From the NCBI GenBank assembly GCA_964016885.1, contig OZ024748.1, forward strand, positions 25,854,001-25,918,000: a DNA stretch of 64,000 bases, written 5' to 3'. The notes under the pieces were generated by a model, which had not been told where the DNA came from, searched no databases, and saw nothing but the letters and a program-made list of their open reading frames with translations. Source of the stretch: Eledone cirrhosa. Taxonomy: Eukaryota. How positions within the stretch are numbered: the first letter of the stretch is position 1; each line of letters starts with the position of its first letter. Positions 39,953 to 53,397 of the stretch are shown here, one piece after another. The translations under genes and the position numbers were made by a program.

Positions 39953-40103
39953 ATGATATATATATATGTATGTATGTATATGGGTGGTAAGAATCAAACT
40001 TCTACCAACTTTACTCTCAGATCTTATGTCTTTGCGGTATATAATTGTACAAACACGCATATGAGGATACCTTTGTCTAGACAATTTCTTACCCTTGAAT
40101 TAT

Positions 40104-40133
<30 letters not shown>

Positions 40134-40134
<1 letters not shown>

Positions 40135-40555
40135 CATCATCATCATTGTTTTTCGTCCGTTCTTCCACGCTAGCATGGGTTAGATGGGTTGTCCTGTTGC
40201 GGACAGTGTCCAGTCGGCTGACCTTGTCTTGCTCATACGGGAACTGATTCTGGCTTGATTTCTACAGCTGGATGCCCTTCCTAACACCAACCTCATTTAC
40301 AGTGAGTGCTGGCTGCTTTTTTGCCGTGGTGCCTACACGTCCACTTTACAGTGTGGGCTCAGTGCTTTTTTGTTGTGGCACCTCCACAACCACTTTGCAG
40401 TGGAATGATAGGGACCCCAGTCCCACCATCTCATTTCTACAGCTGAGTAAACTGGAGCAATGTGAAATAAAGAACACATCACCCGATCCGAGAATTGAAC
40501 TCACAACCTTTCGATTGCAAGCCCAATGCTCTAACCATTAAGCTATGCGCCTTCA
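40134..40555 (-). mobile_element. Near full-length tRNA-derived SINE with RTE 3' UTR tail
   Basis: Minus strand: A box tagcttaatgg, B box gagttcaattc; tail nearly identical to the LINE 3' UTR at 31739-32000; ends in (GAT)n. Confidence 0.85.
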
Positions 40556-40577
40556 CTTCATTATATATATATATATA

Positions 40578-40917
40578 CCCTATCCTCCCACTCCCACCAA
40601 CACCACCCTCTCTCTATAAAGTTGGTACCACAACATCCAGTCCAAATAAAGGAGATCGAGATCGTGTAGGTGTCCCGAGAAAAAAACACACAGTCCACGC
40701 TGTAATGTGGCCATGTAGGTAACACGGTAAAAAGTTCCCAGTTCCACACTGTAAATGTGGTTGGTGTTAGGAAGGGCATCCAGCCGTAGAAAACCTGCCA
40801 GATAGTCCTATATGAGCAAGACACGATCACCCGACCAGCCTAGCCTCAAGTGGGACAACTCCCGTCTAACCCATGCTAGCGTGGAAAATGGACGTTAGAC
40901 GAAGATGATGATGATGA

Positions 40918-40921
<4 letters not shown>
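40578..40921 (+). mobile_element. RTE 3' UTR fragment
   Basis: Similar to 30240-30582; (GAT)n tail. Confidence 0.8.
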
Positions 40922-40954
<33 letters not shown>

Positions 40955-41229
40955 TGTGTAATGTTTAGTTGGTGATGATTCACCAGTTTGAGCACTCGAT
41001 GTTAATATGTGGGACTCTACATTTGGTGCTTCACCACTAGTATCCTTACGAAGCAGTGTTAATAATAATAATTGTTTCTACTATTGGCACAAGGCCAGCA
41101 ATTACCCAGTAATTACTGGTACTTTATTTTATCGACCCCGTAAGGATGAAAGGCAAAATTAACCTTGGCAGGATAATAATAAGCAGATATTGATGTTATA
41201 TTGACACTTCGTTCCTGTTTCTTATTATA

Positions 41230-41413
41230 TACATGGGTCGGCTGAAAAGATCATTGGATGACTAAGGTACTCTCATGGAATAACCAAATGAGGTTTATTT
41301 TTCAACATAGTCCCTGGAAAGAAGCAATGCAGTTATCAATAAGAGTTGAAATTAATTCATGCAAGATTTCATTCCTTCATAGTCAGCCTATGAACTTTTC
41401 AGTCTACCCTCGT
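41230..41413. mobile_element. Mariner-type MITE, degenerate copy
   Basis: Same TIRs and internal sequence as 359-559 and 54493-54694. Confidence 0.7.
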
Positions 41414-42746
41414 CATCATCATCACCAATTAACGTCCATTTTTCCATGCTGGCATGGGTTAGACGAGTTGTCCTATTGTGGGCAATGCCAGGTCAGGTGA
41501 CCATGTCTTGCTGATACAGAACTAATTTTGGCTTGGTTTCTACAGCTGGATGGCCTTCCTAACGCCAACCTCATTTACAGTGAGTACAGGGTGCTTTAGT
41601 CGCGATGCCCACACCACCATTTTACAATGTAGACTGGGTGCTTTTTGTCACGACACCTACACGATCACTTTACAGTGTGGGCTGGGAGCGTTTTGCCATG
41701 TCACCATCACGACCACTTTACAGTGTGGGCTGGGTGCTTTTTGTCATATCACCATCACAACCACTTTACAGTGTGGGCTGGAGGCTTCACTGGATGTATA
41801 CTTCAGCCTGTCCTCATGGGAGATGTATGGGAGGGGATGAGGTGGGTGGTGCATACTATATATATGCTTCAGTTTCAGCCGGTGCCCATGGGGAGTCAGG
41901 TCTTCTGTATTACTGTGTAATGCCAAAGATCTTGGTCGGATTTTATCACCTCGTCCCAATTCTACCTGAGTCTCCCCACTCCGCGGTTTCCATCGACTTT
42001 GAGTTCTCTGCACCTTTTTATTCAGCTGTCATCATTCATACATATCACATGTTCATACCGACATAATCTCCTCTCCTGCACATTGCATCTGATTCCTCTT
42101 ATGCCTAGTTTCTCTCTCAGTTCGTTTTTGCTTTGCCTTTTATGTATATTACTATTACACATCCATTAGTGCATGTAAGCTTCATTTCTTTCCAATGTAG
42201 GCAAGTCTTTTGCACACAGCGCCCAGGTCTCACTACCATGCAACATTGCTGTTTGTATGCATGCAATATACAGTCTGGCTTTCATTTTAAAGGAAAAGCC
42301 TTTTGTAGCTAGCAGTGGTAGTAGCTCCCTGAACTTCTTCCACCCCATTCTTACTCTGGCTACTTTACTTTCAGAACATCCACCTCCACTGCTAATTTAG
42401 TCACCCAGGTAGCAGAAGCTGTCTACTGCTTCTACTGAGCCTTCCCGGAATTTGATAGTGGTTTCCTGTGGTCATTTCTGCTTACTGTCTCGGTGCAACG
42501 GCTACATGTAAAGCCTACATTCTTAACTAAACTTCCTGAGATCACACTACATCTCTTGTGTACCCATAGTTTGCATTTGGGGCAGAGGATGGAATTTCTA
42601 CCTACACCTTTCCTACATACTAAGCAAGGCCATTTCCCTCAGGGGGTCGGGGTTCTGTTTTTCTCTTTTACTTATTAGGACCTTAGCCTTGTCAGTTCGA
42701 CTTTAAGACCCCTTGTTTCTAGGCCCTGCTTCCATGTTTGGAACAT
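41412..42746 (-). mobile_element. 5'-truncated degenerate RTE LINE
   Basis: GWKKFRELLPLLATKGFS..MLHGSETWAL; Cys-rich insert; modular 3' UTR; (GAT)n end. Confidence 0.88.
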
Positions 42747-42848
42747 GTCGTACCTTACTCATAATGTGACCGTGTTTTGGCTAGATTTTTACAGCTGCTG
42801 GAAGCCTTTCCTCACACTAACCACGCTTACAGTGTGGAATTGGGTATG

Positions 42849-42879
<31 letters not shown>

Positions 42880-44679
42880 TTTCATACACAGAATGTATTT
42901 GTTGTATGGCATACTACATAATACCAAGATGATTATTGCAACCATTTTTAACCCTGCTTGTAATAACTGTCTCAACACAAATAGAGTTATCCTCGATTAT
43001 GTATGTATGCATATATATATATATATAATGCCAAGATGATTATTGCAACCATTTTTGGGCCAGCTTGTAACACAAGTAGAATTATTCTTGATTATTTTTT
43101 CTCACATTAATTACATCTGACATCAATTCTGAATAGTTGATTAGAAGTTTACTTTTCTTCTGCTGGTAATCTAATTATTTACCAGCAGACTATAGTAACT
43201 ATAATAGTTCTCTACTCAAGTCTCATTCCAAACATTGACTAATCATTCTTATTCTTATTCTAAGAATGTTCCTTCTCACATTCAGTAACATCTGATACTT
43301 TTACTGTACAGCAGAGAATAAAGATCAACAGTAAGTGGAGAAGAGAAAGAGCTTGAGAATGGTATATTGGTTTGGTATAAAAGAATTGAAGGAATGACAT
43401 AGTATATTGGTTAGGTATAAAAGAATTGAGGGAAATTTGAAGGAATGACAGTATATTGGTTTGCTATAGAAGAATTGAGGGCAATCAGAAGACATTAAAA
43501 CAATTGGAAAATGAATTACAAGAAAGAGAAAGAGATTGAGTTAAACTAGTATGGTTGATATTAAGTAAAAATATTCAGTTAATGAGAGAAGATAGCTAGA
43601 GTAAATGTAAATGAAAAGAAGTTAGATAGATTTGGGTTTAATAGATGAAAGGATGGCAGTCGATTTGGCAGAGTTAGTAGAGCAATGAATATTTGTCCCA
43701 GCTCTCTGTATTCTGAATTCAAATCCCACCAAAGTACATTTTTGCCTTTCATCTTTTCGGGGTCTGTAAAGAAAGCATCAGCTCAGTGCTGGTGCAGCCC
43801 TCTTTCCTTCCAGTTGCCTCATTTTGGATGTTCCACTAGATCAGAGAGGGGTGGTCTACAGGGTGTCTTTGTCTTCTCCTGACTGCATGGGTACCTAAAA
43901 CCCTTAGAGAAAGCATGGTACATACTACCAAATCATACTCAATTGTGAGTGATGGCTGTAGTTTAGTTATTAGATGTGAGGACACAGGATTGTGTTACCA
44001 GCACTACCATATACAAAGGAGACACAAAATTGTGACAATAGGTGCTTTTTATTGTGTCACCAGCACTACCATATATAAAGAAGCTGAAATACATAGTATC
44101 TAACTCCTTTTGTTGTTATTTATAGTTTATAGAATAATAACAATATGATAAAGGAGATGAAACAAAATAGACAACTGTTCTCTCATCCCCTTTTATTTAT
44201 TTATGTCAATCAATTCAAAATTAGCAGGAAAACTGGTTGTGCCCCCCCCCCCCCCACTCTTTCTCTTTCTCTTTGGTATATTTTATATATATATAAAATA
44301 AAGTGTCGAGAGAACTTTTCAGTTGCATCAAGGGCACAACAACCTACCTAGTGTTGGTGATATAATAAAATACACCCAGTACACTAACCACTTTATAAAG
44401 TGGTCAGCAACAAGGTCATCCAGCTGTAGAAAACTTGCCAAACAAAGGGTCATTAGGACTCTTCAGTTGTGTCAGAGACATGACAACCTCTTGAATGTTG
44501 GTGCCACGGAAATGTACTTGGAGCACACTGTAATGAGAGAGAGAGAGAGTGTAGGAAGATATGTAAGATGCACTCACCCACCCCAGTCCATCTAAGAGGT
44601 CAATAGCTCCAATTAAGTACTGGCTTGGTTCAACCCTTACTAGCAGAGAGAACAGACATTAAACGGTGATGATGATATA

Positions 44680-45002
44680 TATGAGGTGTATCTGAAAAGT
44701 AACAGGACTTAATGTGCTGTGTGAGCTATGAGTAGGGTAGGGATTAGTGGGTTACGTAGCAGTGTGATGTAATACCTGGGAAGTATGTAACTGATCTCAG
44801 CTCTCTGCAGCCATTGTATATTTTTTTGGCTACTCAATTTTTGACCATCGAGTGATGGGCACAGAGCAACAAACCAACCTGAAGTTTCTGGTCCTACTGG
44901 GGAAAACTCCATCAGAAACTCTTGGAATACTGCAGCAAGTGTACAGAGATGAGATGATGTCACGTTCACGGATTTTCAAGTGGCACAAATGGTTTAAAGG
45001 GA
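44680..45002 (+). mobile_element. Mariner transposon 5' fragment (TIR + N-terminal HTH of transposase)
   Basis: ta-tgaggtgtatctgaaaagtaac TIR-like start; EQQTNLKFLVLLGKTPSET..ILQQVYRDEMMSRSRIFKWHKWFKG. Confidence 0.82.
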
Positions 45003-45859
45003 CACAAGGATATGGAAGGTATCCAGCTCTAGAAACTATGCCAAAATGGAACATATGAGCCAGATATAGTCATCTAACCTGTCTAGTCAGAGAACGTGAC
45101 AACCCATCCTACTCATACCATCATAGAACACAGACATAAAACAGTAATGATGACGATGTTGATAATATATATATATGTATGTACAAGTTGCAACTTTTCG
45201 CAGTTGCTCTCCATATTTTTAGCTGATTTTTTTGTTTTTGTTTTATTTACTCTGAATGCCTCTCTCTTTCCATCTGTGTCTAGTGGAATGTCTCTTTCTT
45301 CATCTCTATCTAGTGACCACACACACACACACACATATGGCCAATTTCTGAGATTTCACTACGGTCGGTCGTTACTTTTGCTCTCTTCCATTTCCTTATC
45401 TTTGATCCCATTACATTTCTATACGCCCTGCCCCCTCCCCTGACTTCAGTTTTATCCTTGGAAGAATTTCTGTATTAACACTTTCTTTACCATATTTTTT
45501 GAAAGACTCTGCCTATGAAAGACTCTGCCTATGATTTTCAAATAATTTTGAAAATAATCAAAAATTGCAGTGGTGCAAAAATTGCAGTGGTGCAAAAATC
45601 CCAGTGGTTACATAAAATTATGATCGGAAGGTCTTTAGATAAATATAAATACTTTAAAATAAACAGTTTTATATCATAGAACCTCAGATGGGTTAAAGAT
45701 GTTTCATCTGTAGTGATAATGAGGAAGTAATAATTACATTTGTTATAGAAAATATTTTTTGTTAGTGTTTCACAAATATTACGTTTTTTTTCTGTTTAAA
45801 AATTGAAACCCTCCTATTCATTAGTAGCTATCATTTGTTTGTTATTTCACAGATATTCA

Positions 45860-46067
45860 TTTCTAATTTAAGCTCAAGGCCAGCAAATGTGGGGGATGGG
45901 AAAAGTTGATTAGATCAACCGCAGTATTTGACTGGTACTTTATTTTATCAACCTCAGAAGGATGAAAGGCAAAGTTGTCTTTGGTGTGATTTGAACTCAG
46001 AATGTAAAGAGCCAGAATAAATACTGCGATGGATTTTATCTCATGCTCTACCAATTCTGCCAATTGC
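45860..46067 (-). mobile_element. Meta/MESC-core tRNA SINE
   Basis: Reverse-complement match to 17543-17690 plus tail. Confidence 0.75.
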
Positions 46068-47237
46068 AAACAGATGATGATGATGAGGAGGAGGATTCTC
46101 TAACTTCACCATTCAGTGGTTAGTGTTACCAAAAACATACAACTGCAAAAATGTCTGTTCTATTGATTTATAAAGAAAATATCTTCAGAACTATGATAAA
46201 CAATGAAAAATATATATAAATCTATATTTGTAATAAGTTACTGCTCAACAGCTCTGATCATACCATTTTGATGGCAAGTGGATGACTCTATAAATCTATA
46301 ATATTAATTTTCCTAATTTATTAACTTCATGGAGTTTTAAAATGTTATTTAACCCTTTACCATTTAAATTGACCATATCCAGCCAGAATTGTCTTACTTC
46401 TGTTCAAAACCAGGTGTAACCGCCCGCTCATACTGACGTTAAGGTATTGTTCTCATAAAAATAAATAATATCAAAATCTCTTTGATTTGATATTATGTGA
46501 GATAAAACCTTTTCTGTGAAAATACAATAGTAATTATAGAGTAATGTAAATGCTAAAGGGATAAAAGATACATAAAGCTACATATTTCAAAGTGTATGGT
46601 GTTAATTGAATGTTTTTTAGATATATACTAGTGGCCTCTTGGCCTTCACCCCTGTCTGTACTGTGCTCAAATCTATTCCTAAGGTACCTATTGTCATCTA
46701 TTGTAATGTCCATTTTCCTTAGAATAAAAGATGTTAAAAGTTATTTAAATATTGCATAACATAATTTTATAAATTTATTTAGAATATCTAAATACAGAAA
46801 GTAATAATAAAGAAAAGAATAGAAAAATGTCTACAAAAATTATAAAACATTTACAGAACTTCCGCATATACAATAATTTTAGCATCAATAGATTTATAGG
46901 TCTGACTACCTCCAGGGATCATTTGTGAGAGATTGTGTTGGTGGTATTCACTGTGATGTTTTGGGGATCAACTATTGCTTTTTCACACAACTGCTCCTCA
47001 TTAGAATGGTGGATTTGTAAATTGGGCAACACTTAATGAAGCTTACAACGCTTTCCATAACAGTACAAAATGATGAAGGGTCAAAACATCTTTCAGTATC
47101 AAGGAATTGCTTTTCTATAAATTTAAACAGCTGAGAGATGCTTGCCTATAACTCTGAGTGCCCGCTCCCTTCCCACCTCTGTTATTCACACTGAAGAAAT
47201 CTCCGAACCTGGGAGAATCTGAGGACCCCCCCCCCCC

Positions 47238-47268
<31 letters not shown>

Positions 47269-49310
47269 ACATCTCAATTCCTTTTTTGGAAAAGAAGCAC
47301 ATCGGAGGTCAGATTAGTTGAAAACACAAGAAAAACCTAGGAAAACAAAAATTTCTTCACGATCTCCAATGGGTGCTTTTCTATAAATTGAAACATTTAT
47401 AAATTTCCATTTACAGAAAAAGGAATCATTGGCAAGTGAATCGGATATCAGATTGTCCGAAAACTAGAGGATAAAAATGTAGAAAAGAAAAAAAACACCC
47501 ACAGAAGAAATCTCCGAGGCTGGGAAAATCTGAGAGCCATCCCATTCCGTTTTTGGAGAAAAAAATTGATTGTGAGCATGTCTGAGGTCATGTTAGCTGA
47601 TAGCTCACGAAAACCTTAATTATACAAATTTTATTTAGTGTTATTAGCAGTGAACATACAAACAAACCTCCTTAGATTACTGTTTAGTCAGAGAAGGTCT
47701 GCGAACATTACCAACACCATCATCATCGTTTTTTACGTCTGTTTTTCCACACTTGCAAGGGTTGGCCAGGTCCTTCTCAGCACAGTATCCCTCCATTCAC
47801 CATTACCATTTCTTATTTTTACCAGGGTCTCCAAGACTGTTGGGAGGAAGGAATTTATCCCCACTAATGTGCCCATTCCACCCTATAAAGTGGTCATGCT
47901 AGTAGTGTAGAGATGGTGGTGGTCTACTAGAGGTTGACTTTGGAGGTGAGAAAGAGATCGAAGATATATTTGGAGTGTCTGTGTGTTGGCAAGGGATGTG
48001 TTTAGGAGATGATGTAAAAAAAAGATAAGATTTTTGCCCCTATGAAATCAGTATGAGAACCAAGAATAGATGTGAACCTTGTATTGAAGTCATTGAATAA
48101 TGCAATAACTGAAGAGAGCAGAGTGAGGGTGGTTGGGGTGGAGTTGTGAAGTGAGATGTCCTTCATACATGAAGAAATATAGATATAGAGTAGTTGGTGG
48201 TTTGGAGGATTTTTGAGAAGGGCAGAGGAAGCAGTTGTATTTATCCCCATATAGTGTTGTGAGGCCAATATATCGACCTTGATAATGTAGTAAAACAACA
48301 TGACACAGCCAATAAATCAACCTAAAAATGTAACACACTTCTTGATACACTAGTCACCTTCAAACAAACCAATAATGTTCTGGATCAGATCTTTTGATTA
48401 GCAGACAGAAATTTCCCACTAAATTTTTGGTTAATGTCTCATTTATTTTGTGGTTTCTTCAAGCTTGTTCAGTGATTGCTGCAAATAAGCTAATTAGCAT
48501 AATTATATTTCAACTGGTTTTGTTAGTTGCAATGTATTGCCCCATTTGCAAGTTTTACAAAAATCTATGGGTTATAACACTTCAGTGTGTTAGTTATTCA
48601 GTCCTATTTGGGTCATAATATTTTTTCCATTTTTGTCAATTACTCTATTGTGTTTTTTGCTATATAGTTAAAAAGGCTGTAGCAATAAAAGAGTTAAAGA
48701 AGTAGGAAAAAGAAAGTTTGAGTTAGTTAATGGAAGTTTTTGTTGTTAATATCCAGAGTTGAATTTATGTATGCACAGGCACCATCTTTCTGAATAAAGT
48801 TTGAATAATGAATACAGCTTCAGCAATAGAAATAGACTAAAAACATCGGTTGAGATATATTTGCGTCTTGGAGAGGAATACTTAGTTTGATTTGGGTATT
48901 ATTTAATAAAAGTTTTGTTTTACATCCATTTCACAATACTGAGATGTACACTTCTGTCGTCAACTAAAACCTTCAATGTTTATTATAGGAGAGACACTTG
49001 GTTACATCTTTGAAATACTGATCCATTTACGATGAAGTAGTAGTAATAGAGGTGATGGAATTTTCACTAAATAATGTTTCTTGTCTAAAGTGACAAAACA
49101 ATGGCTTTAGTTTGAGTAACCTACTGTTATATTTAGTAATTTAGTTTTTATGTCTTTAAGTACTCATTAATTAATCCTTCATCATATGCTACAGATTCAC
49201 ATGACAGGATACAGGCATATTTTCTAGTGGAGTAGGTTCTTCTTGTTGTTTAGTCTCAGCAGCCTTGTGTTGAAGTCTGTTGCAGTTGTAGTTTCGCCTC
49301 AGCTCAGTCA

Positions 49311-49825
49311 TAATAATAATGAAATTATTGTGTAAAGTGCTCAGGTGCACTACAACTCGTCAAAGGTGTATGTATAGTACATAGAATAATACACAAATGT
49401 CAGGGAAGTGAATAGTGTATGAGTCATGGTATACATGTGTGTATGTGTATGGAGAGGGAACATTAGGTGTAGTGTTGGCGAATCTCGGGAAGCATGGAGG
49501 CCTTAAAGGATGCAGTGTCTCCACAGCTAATAACTGATGCAGGTAGTTTGTTCCATGCTTCAACAACTCTGAGCGTGAAAAAAAGTTTCCGAAAGTCATG
49601 GGAACTGTGCTGTTTTCTGACTTTGTGGCAATGCCCACGTGTGTTAGACACATGGAAATCAAAAAGGTACTCAGGGTTGTTGTTGGCAAGATGGTTAACA
49701 ATTTTGTGGGTGTTTACCAAGTCAGTTGCCAGGCGTCGGAGCTTCAATGTATCCATGCCCAGGGAAGCAAGGCGCTCAGAGTATGGTAGATGCCTGATGG
49801 AGGGTATTCACTTGGTTGCACGTCA
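49311..49825 (-). mobile_element. CR1/L2-group LINE 3' end
   Basis: YSERLASLGMDTLKLRRLATDLV..HKI...TRGH..K...RKLFFTLRVVEAWNKLP; (ATT)n tail. Confidence 0.85.
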
Positions 49826-50145
49826 TGATCCAGGACAATTTGTTCAAAAGCATTCCAATTATGACCATCAAAAAGAAAAGATGGGATAGTCATGTTTGGA
49901 GTGCTTTTGATCATGGCTGACTAAGAGAGCTGTGTAACAAGAGACAGGCATAAATAAAGCAATGGAGATAATAGCTATTGAGTCTATAGTGTTAACGCTA
50001 TCATAGTCCAGTATAGTTGTTATCTACTTCAATTTCATGGAGCCATTATATATATATATATGGAATAGATATATAGGTCACACTCAGTATGAATCATTTC
50101 ATTTTATTAGTTTAAGTGAGTATAACTCTTTTCTAGTCCAAAGTT

Positions 50146-50345
50146 TTAACTCTTAACATCCTGTACCACATGAATCACATTAGTAAGGCATTCTTGAAGT
50201 GTACAAAACTACACTATGACTGCATCACATTAAAATTCTTAACTCTAATACTGCAGATTTTCACGATCTGCCCACTAGTAAAGATACTATAAATATTTGA
50301 ATTAACAAACATGTTTTCTGATAAATCATTCCAGGATGTTAAGAG
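50146..50345. mobile_element. TTAA-flanked MITE (TIR ctcttaacatcctg)
   Basis: TIR pair seen; second copy at 63374-63587 shares internal cactatgactgcatcacattaaa. Confidence 0.6.
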
Positions 50346-50491
50346 GTATTACAATAAAATAAAATAATTTGTATTATAATTTTGTGTGTGGAGATAATAT
50401 AAACTTTGATCTTTAAAAGAAAAGGTCTAATGCTTCTTTTTGGAGACTTTAAGTTAAAATAAATGATAAGTTTTCAAACTTTATAATATAA

Positions 50492-51314
50492 GGGATAGAA
50501 AAAGTTCAGGGAGCTACTACTGCTGTTAGCTACAAAAGGTTTTTTTCCTTAAATTGAAGGGAATACTGTACGATGTATATATACGAACAGCAATGTTGCA
50601 TGGTAGTGAGACCTGAGATGACTGGAAACAAATGAAGCATGCATGCTCTGATGGATGTGTAATAGTAATATACTGGAATGGCAAAATGTAACTGAACTAA
50701 GAGAGAAATTAGGCGTAAGAGGGATTAGATGCAGTATACTAGAGTGGAGATTGCATTGGTATGGTCATGTGATGCGTATGAAGGACGGCAGTTGTATAAA
50801 AACGTGCAGGGTGATCAAAATTGATGGAAGCTATGGAGTAGGAAGACCTGGGACAAGGTGATAAAAGCTGATCTTGTGCAATTGCACCTTTCAAAGACAA
50901 TGACACAGGATCAAGATCTTTGGTGTTATGCAGTAATACAGAAGACATACCTTCCCATGTGCATGGACTCAAACACACATCTTGTAGGCGCCTCTTAACC
51001 CCTAAACATACACCCCACGCCCCTACACCCACCCTTCTACTCCAGTCCACACCACCCTTGCACTGTAAAATTATGTTGGTATCGCAAAAAAGCATCTAGC
51101 CCACACTGTAAAGTAGCTGTGTAAGTGTCACGATAAAAAGCACCCAGCCCACACTGTAAAATGGTCGTATAGGTATCACGACAAAAAGCACCCAGCCCAC
51201 ACTGTAAAGTGGTTGTGTAGGACTCACAACAAAAAGCGCCCAGCACACATTGTAAATGTGGTGGGCGTTAGGAAGGGCTAGCGTGAAAAGTGGACATTAA
51301 ATGATGATGATGAT
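50492..51314 (+). mobile_element. Degenerate RTE LINE 3' part
   Basis: MCNSNI...RLHWYGHVMRMKD..GRP, modular 3' UTR, (GAT)n. Confidence 0.85.
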
Positions 51315-51715
51315 AAATATATATCATCATCATATCCCTGGTTCAGTCCCACTGCATGGCATCTTGAGCAAGTGTCATTTACCATAACCTCGAGTCAATC
51401 CATGTTTCTCAATGAAACTGGGCAGATGGAAAGACTGTAATTCAAAGGGTCAACTTTGTCATTCGCACTGAGACATGCTAAATCTCCCTGAGATTAGGTT
51501 AAGGGTATACATGTTTGTGGAATGCTCTGCTACTTACACATTAATTTCATGAGCAAGCTGCCCTGTTGATGAAACTACTGAACACTGTCGAAACCAACAT
51601 AAGATGTCTGATAACTTTTTCATATCTTGAATATATATCTTCGATTTTCCCTATTTTATTTTAAAAATTTATTTTAAGAGTAATTTTTTTTCTTCTTTTC
51701 TTTCTTAAATTGCAG

Positions 51716-51844
51716 GATGCTCGAGCTGCATTCCGACAAGAACTCTCTGAGTCAACACAAAAACTTAATGCAATGTCTAAAAAGCTTGGTGCATGCATTG
51801 ATAAAGCTCGACCATATTATGATGCAAGGATGAGAGCAAAAGAG
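51716..51844 (+). CDS. SH3BP5: SH3BP5-family exon 3 (DARAAFRQ...KKLGACIDKARPYYDARMRAKE)
   Basis: TGCAG acceptor, GT donor; conserved KLGxCIxKARPYY motif. Confidence 0.95.
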
Positions 51845-52317
51845 GTTTGTTTAATTACATTCAATATTCTTCGCACACAAAACAAGCTCCTACTTTACAA
51901 TATCATTTTATTTAGACTTAAACTCTATTGTACACTATGTCCATTTTACTTGTCTTCCTTACAACTTTATGAAAATGTTTAATACTTTTGACACTAAACT
52001 GTCTGAGACTGCTTCTGGTTCTATGATGAAAAGCTGTTTATTTTCAATACTTTTGATACTAAACTGTCTGAGACAGCCTCTGGTTCTCTGATAAAAAGCT
52101 GCTTATTTTAAAGTGTTTAAAAACCTTCCATTGTAATTTTATGTAAGAACCTTTGTTGTTTCCAACACCACCTTAATAATAAGGAAGCTACTTATATTAC
52201 TAATTCCTTCTAAATTCCTGATTATTTTCAAAGTAATTTAAAAATCAGAGGTAGTGTTTTTCATTAGAAATATGGTAATAAAAGGTTTAATAGAATTTTG
52301 TCTTTCTAAAGTCAGGT

Positions 52318-52515
52318 AAGGGTGGTGGATTATCAGAATTGTTAAAGTCTTGGATAAAATCCAATTGTGGTATTTGTTCTGGCTCTTTATGTTTTGAGTT
52401 CAAATCTCGCTGAAGTTACAGGATCAATAAAATAAAGTACCAGTAATGCACTGGGGTCGATTTAATAAACTTTACACTCCCCCAAAATTGTTGGCCTTGT
52501 GCCTAAATCAGAAAC
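52318..52515 (+). mobile_element. tRNA SINE in intron 3
   Basis: gagttcaaatc B box; aagtaccagtaatgcactggggtcga...ggccttgtgcctaaa tail. Confidence 0.7.
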
Positions 52516-52670
52516 CATTCTCTAGACAGATAGATTTTATGTATAAAAGTGATAAATCACTAAGAAATTGGTTAACATTTGATAAGTTGTTTTTTATATT
52601 TATTTACCAGCCTTGTCATATCAATTTCTATTTTTGTGATGTCGTACTAAATTCTTCTGTTTTGTTATAG

Positions 52671-52832
52671 GCTCATATTGATACTCAAAAAGCTGCTGTT
52701 CGTTATGAAAGAGCATGCAGCATGCACGAAGCTGCCAAAGAGATGGTGCATCTTGCAGAACAAGGCTATATGAAACGGGATCAACCTTCTGATCCAGCAT
52801 GGCAAGAAATGCTTAACCATGCAACTATGAAG
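52671..52832 (+). CDS. SH3BP5: SH3BP5-family exon 4 (AHIDTQKAAVRYERA...DPAWQEMLNHATMK)
   Basis: TAG acceptor, GTAAA donor; hallmark WQEMLNHAT motif. Confidence 0.96.
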
Positions 52833-53266
52833 GTAAAAATTACTTTCACTTTTTCTTCTTTGTTTCATCTTCATTGTTTATTATTTTACTTTAGCAATTA
52901 CAAATAAACATAATTTATTTTAAAAACATTTTTTTTTAAATGAGGAAAAAAGTGTGAGAAGACTCAATCACATACCATAACAAAGGGCACTAGAATTTTC
53001 CTCTAATAATTTTTGAGACAAACCAACACAATCATGGCATTGCTGCAAGTGATATCGAGGCTAAGATACTGGAATAAGCAAGCACCCTTGTGGGCATCAC
53101 CTGATAAGTCAGTAACGTGAGCCAGCAACAATGACAACAACTTCCTTGTCAGTGGCTCAGCTTCGCCAAATGTCTCGAATGTCACAAGCTTGAAGGTAAC
53201 CATTGTCTTTGATATTATTCTCCTTTGTTATTAGCTCTTAAACTAAATATCTTTCTGTGATGTTAG

Positions 53267-53397
53267 GTAAATGAAGCTGAGAAAGAAAGAATTGAAAGTG
53301 AACAGTATCATGAAAGAACAACAAAAATCTTCAAAGAGGCTGAGGAATGTGTTCAGCAGCTTCAGAAAGACTTAAAACGCTCTATCAGCAAGTCCAA
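53267..53397 (+). CDS. SH3BP5: SH3BP5-family exon 5 (VNEAEKER...LKRSISKS)
   Basis: TTAG acceptor, GTGAGT donor in phase 2; VNEAE and LKRxIxKS motifs. Confidence 0.93.

Noticed and set aside
40480-40555. tRNA gene
   Set aside because: A/B boxes are present but there is no proper acceptor stem, and it continues into a SINE body
47190-47620. Degenerate ~310-bp duplication with a C-run
   Set aside because: Probably an old repeat fragment; no TIR, TSD or coding signal I can support
48002-48350. Additional Penelope GIY-YIG remnant
   Set aside because: Only a faint resemblance (YIIKV...HYMG); too degenerate to call by eye
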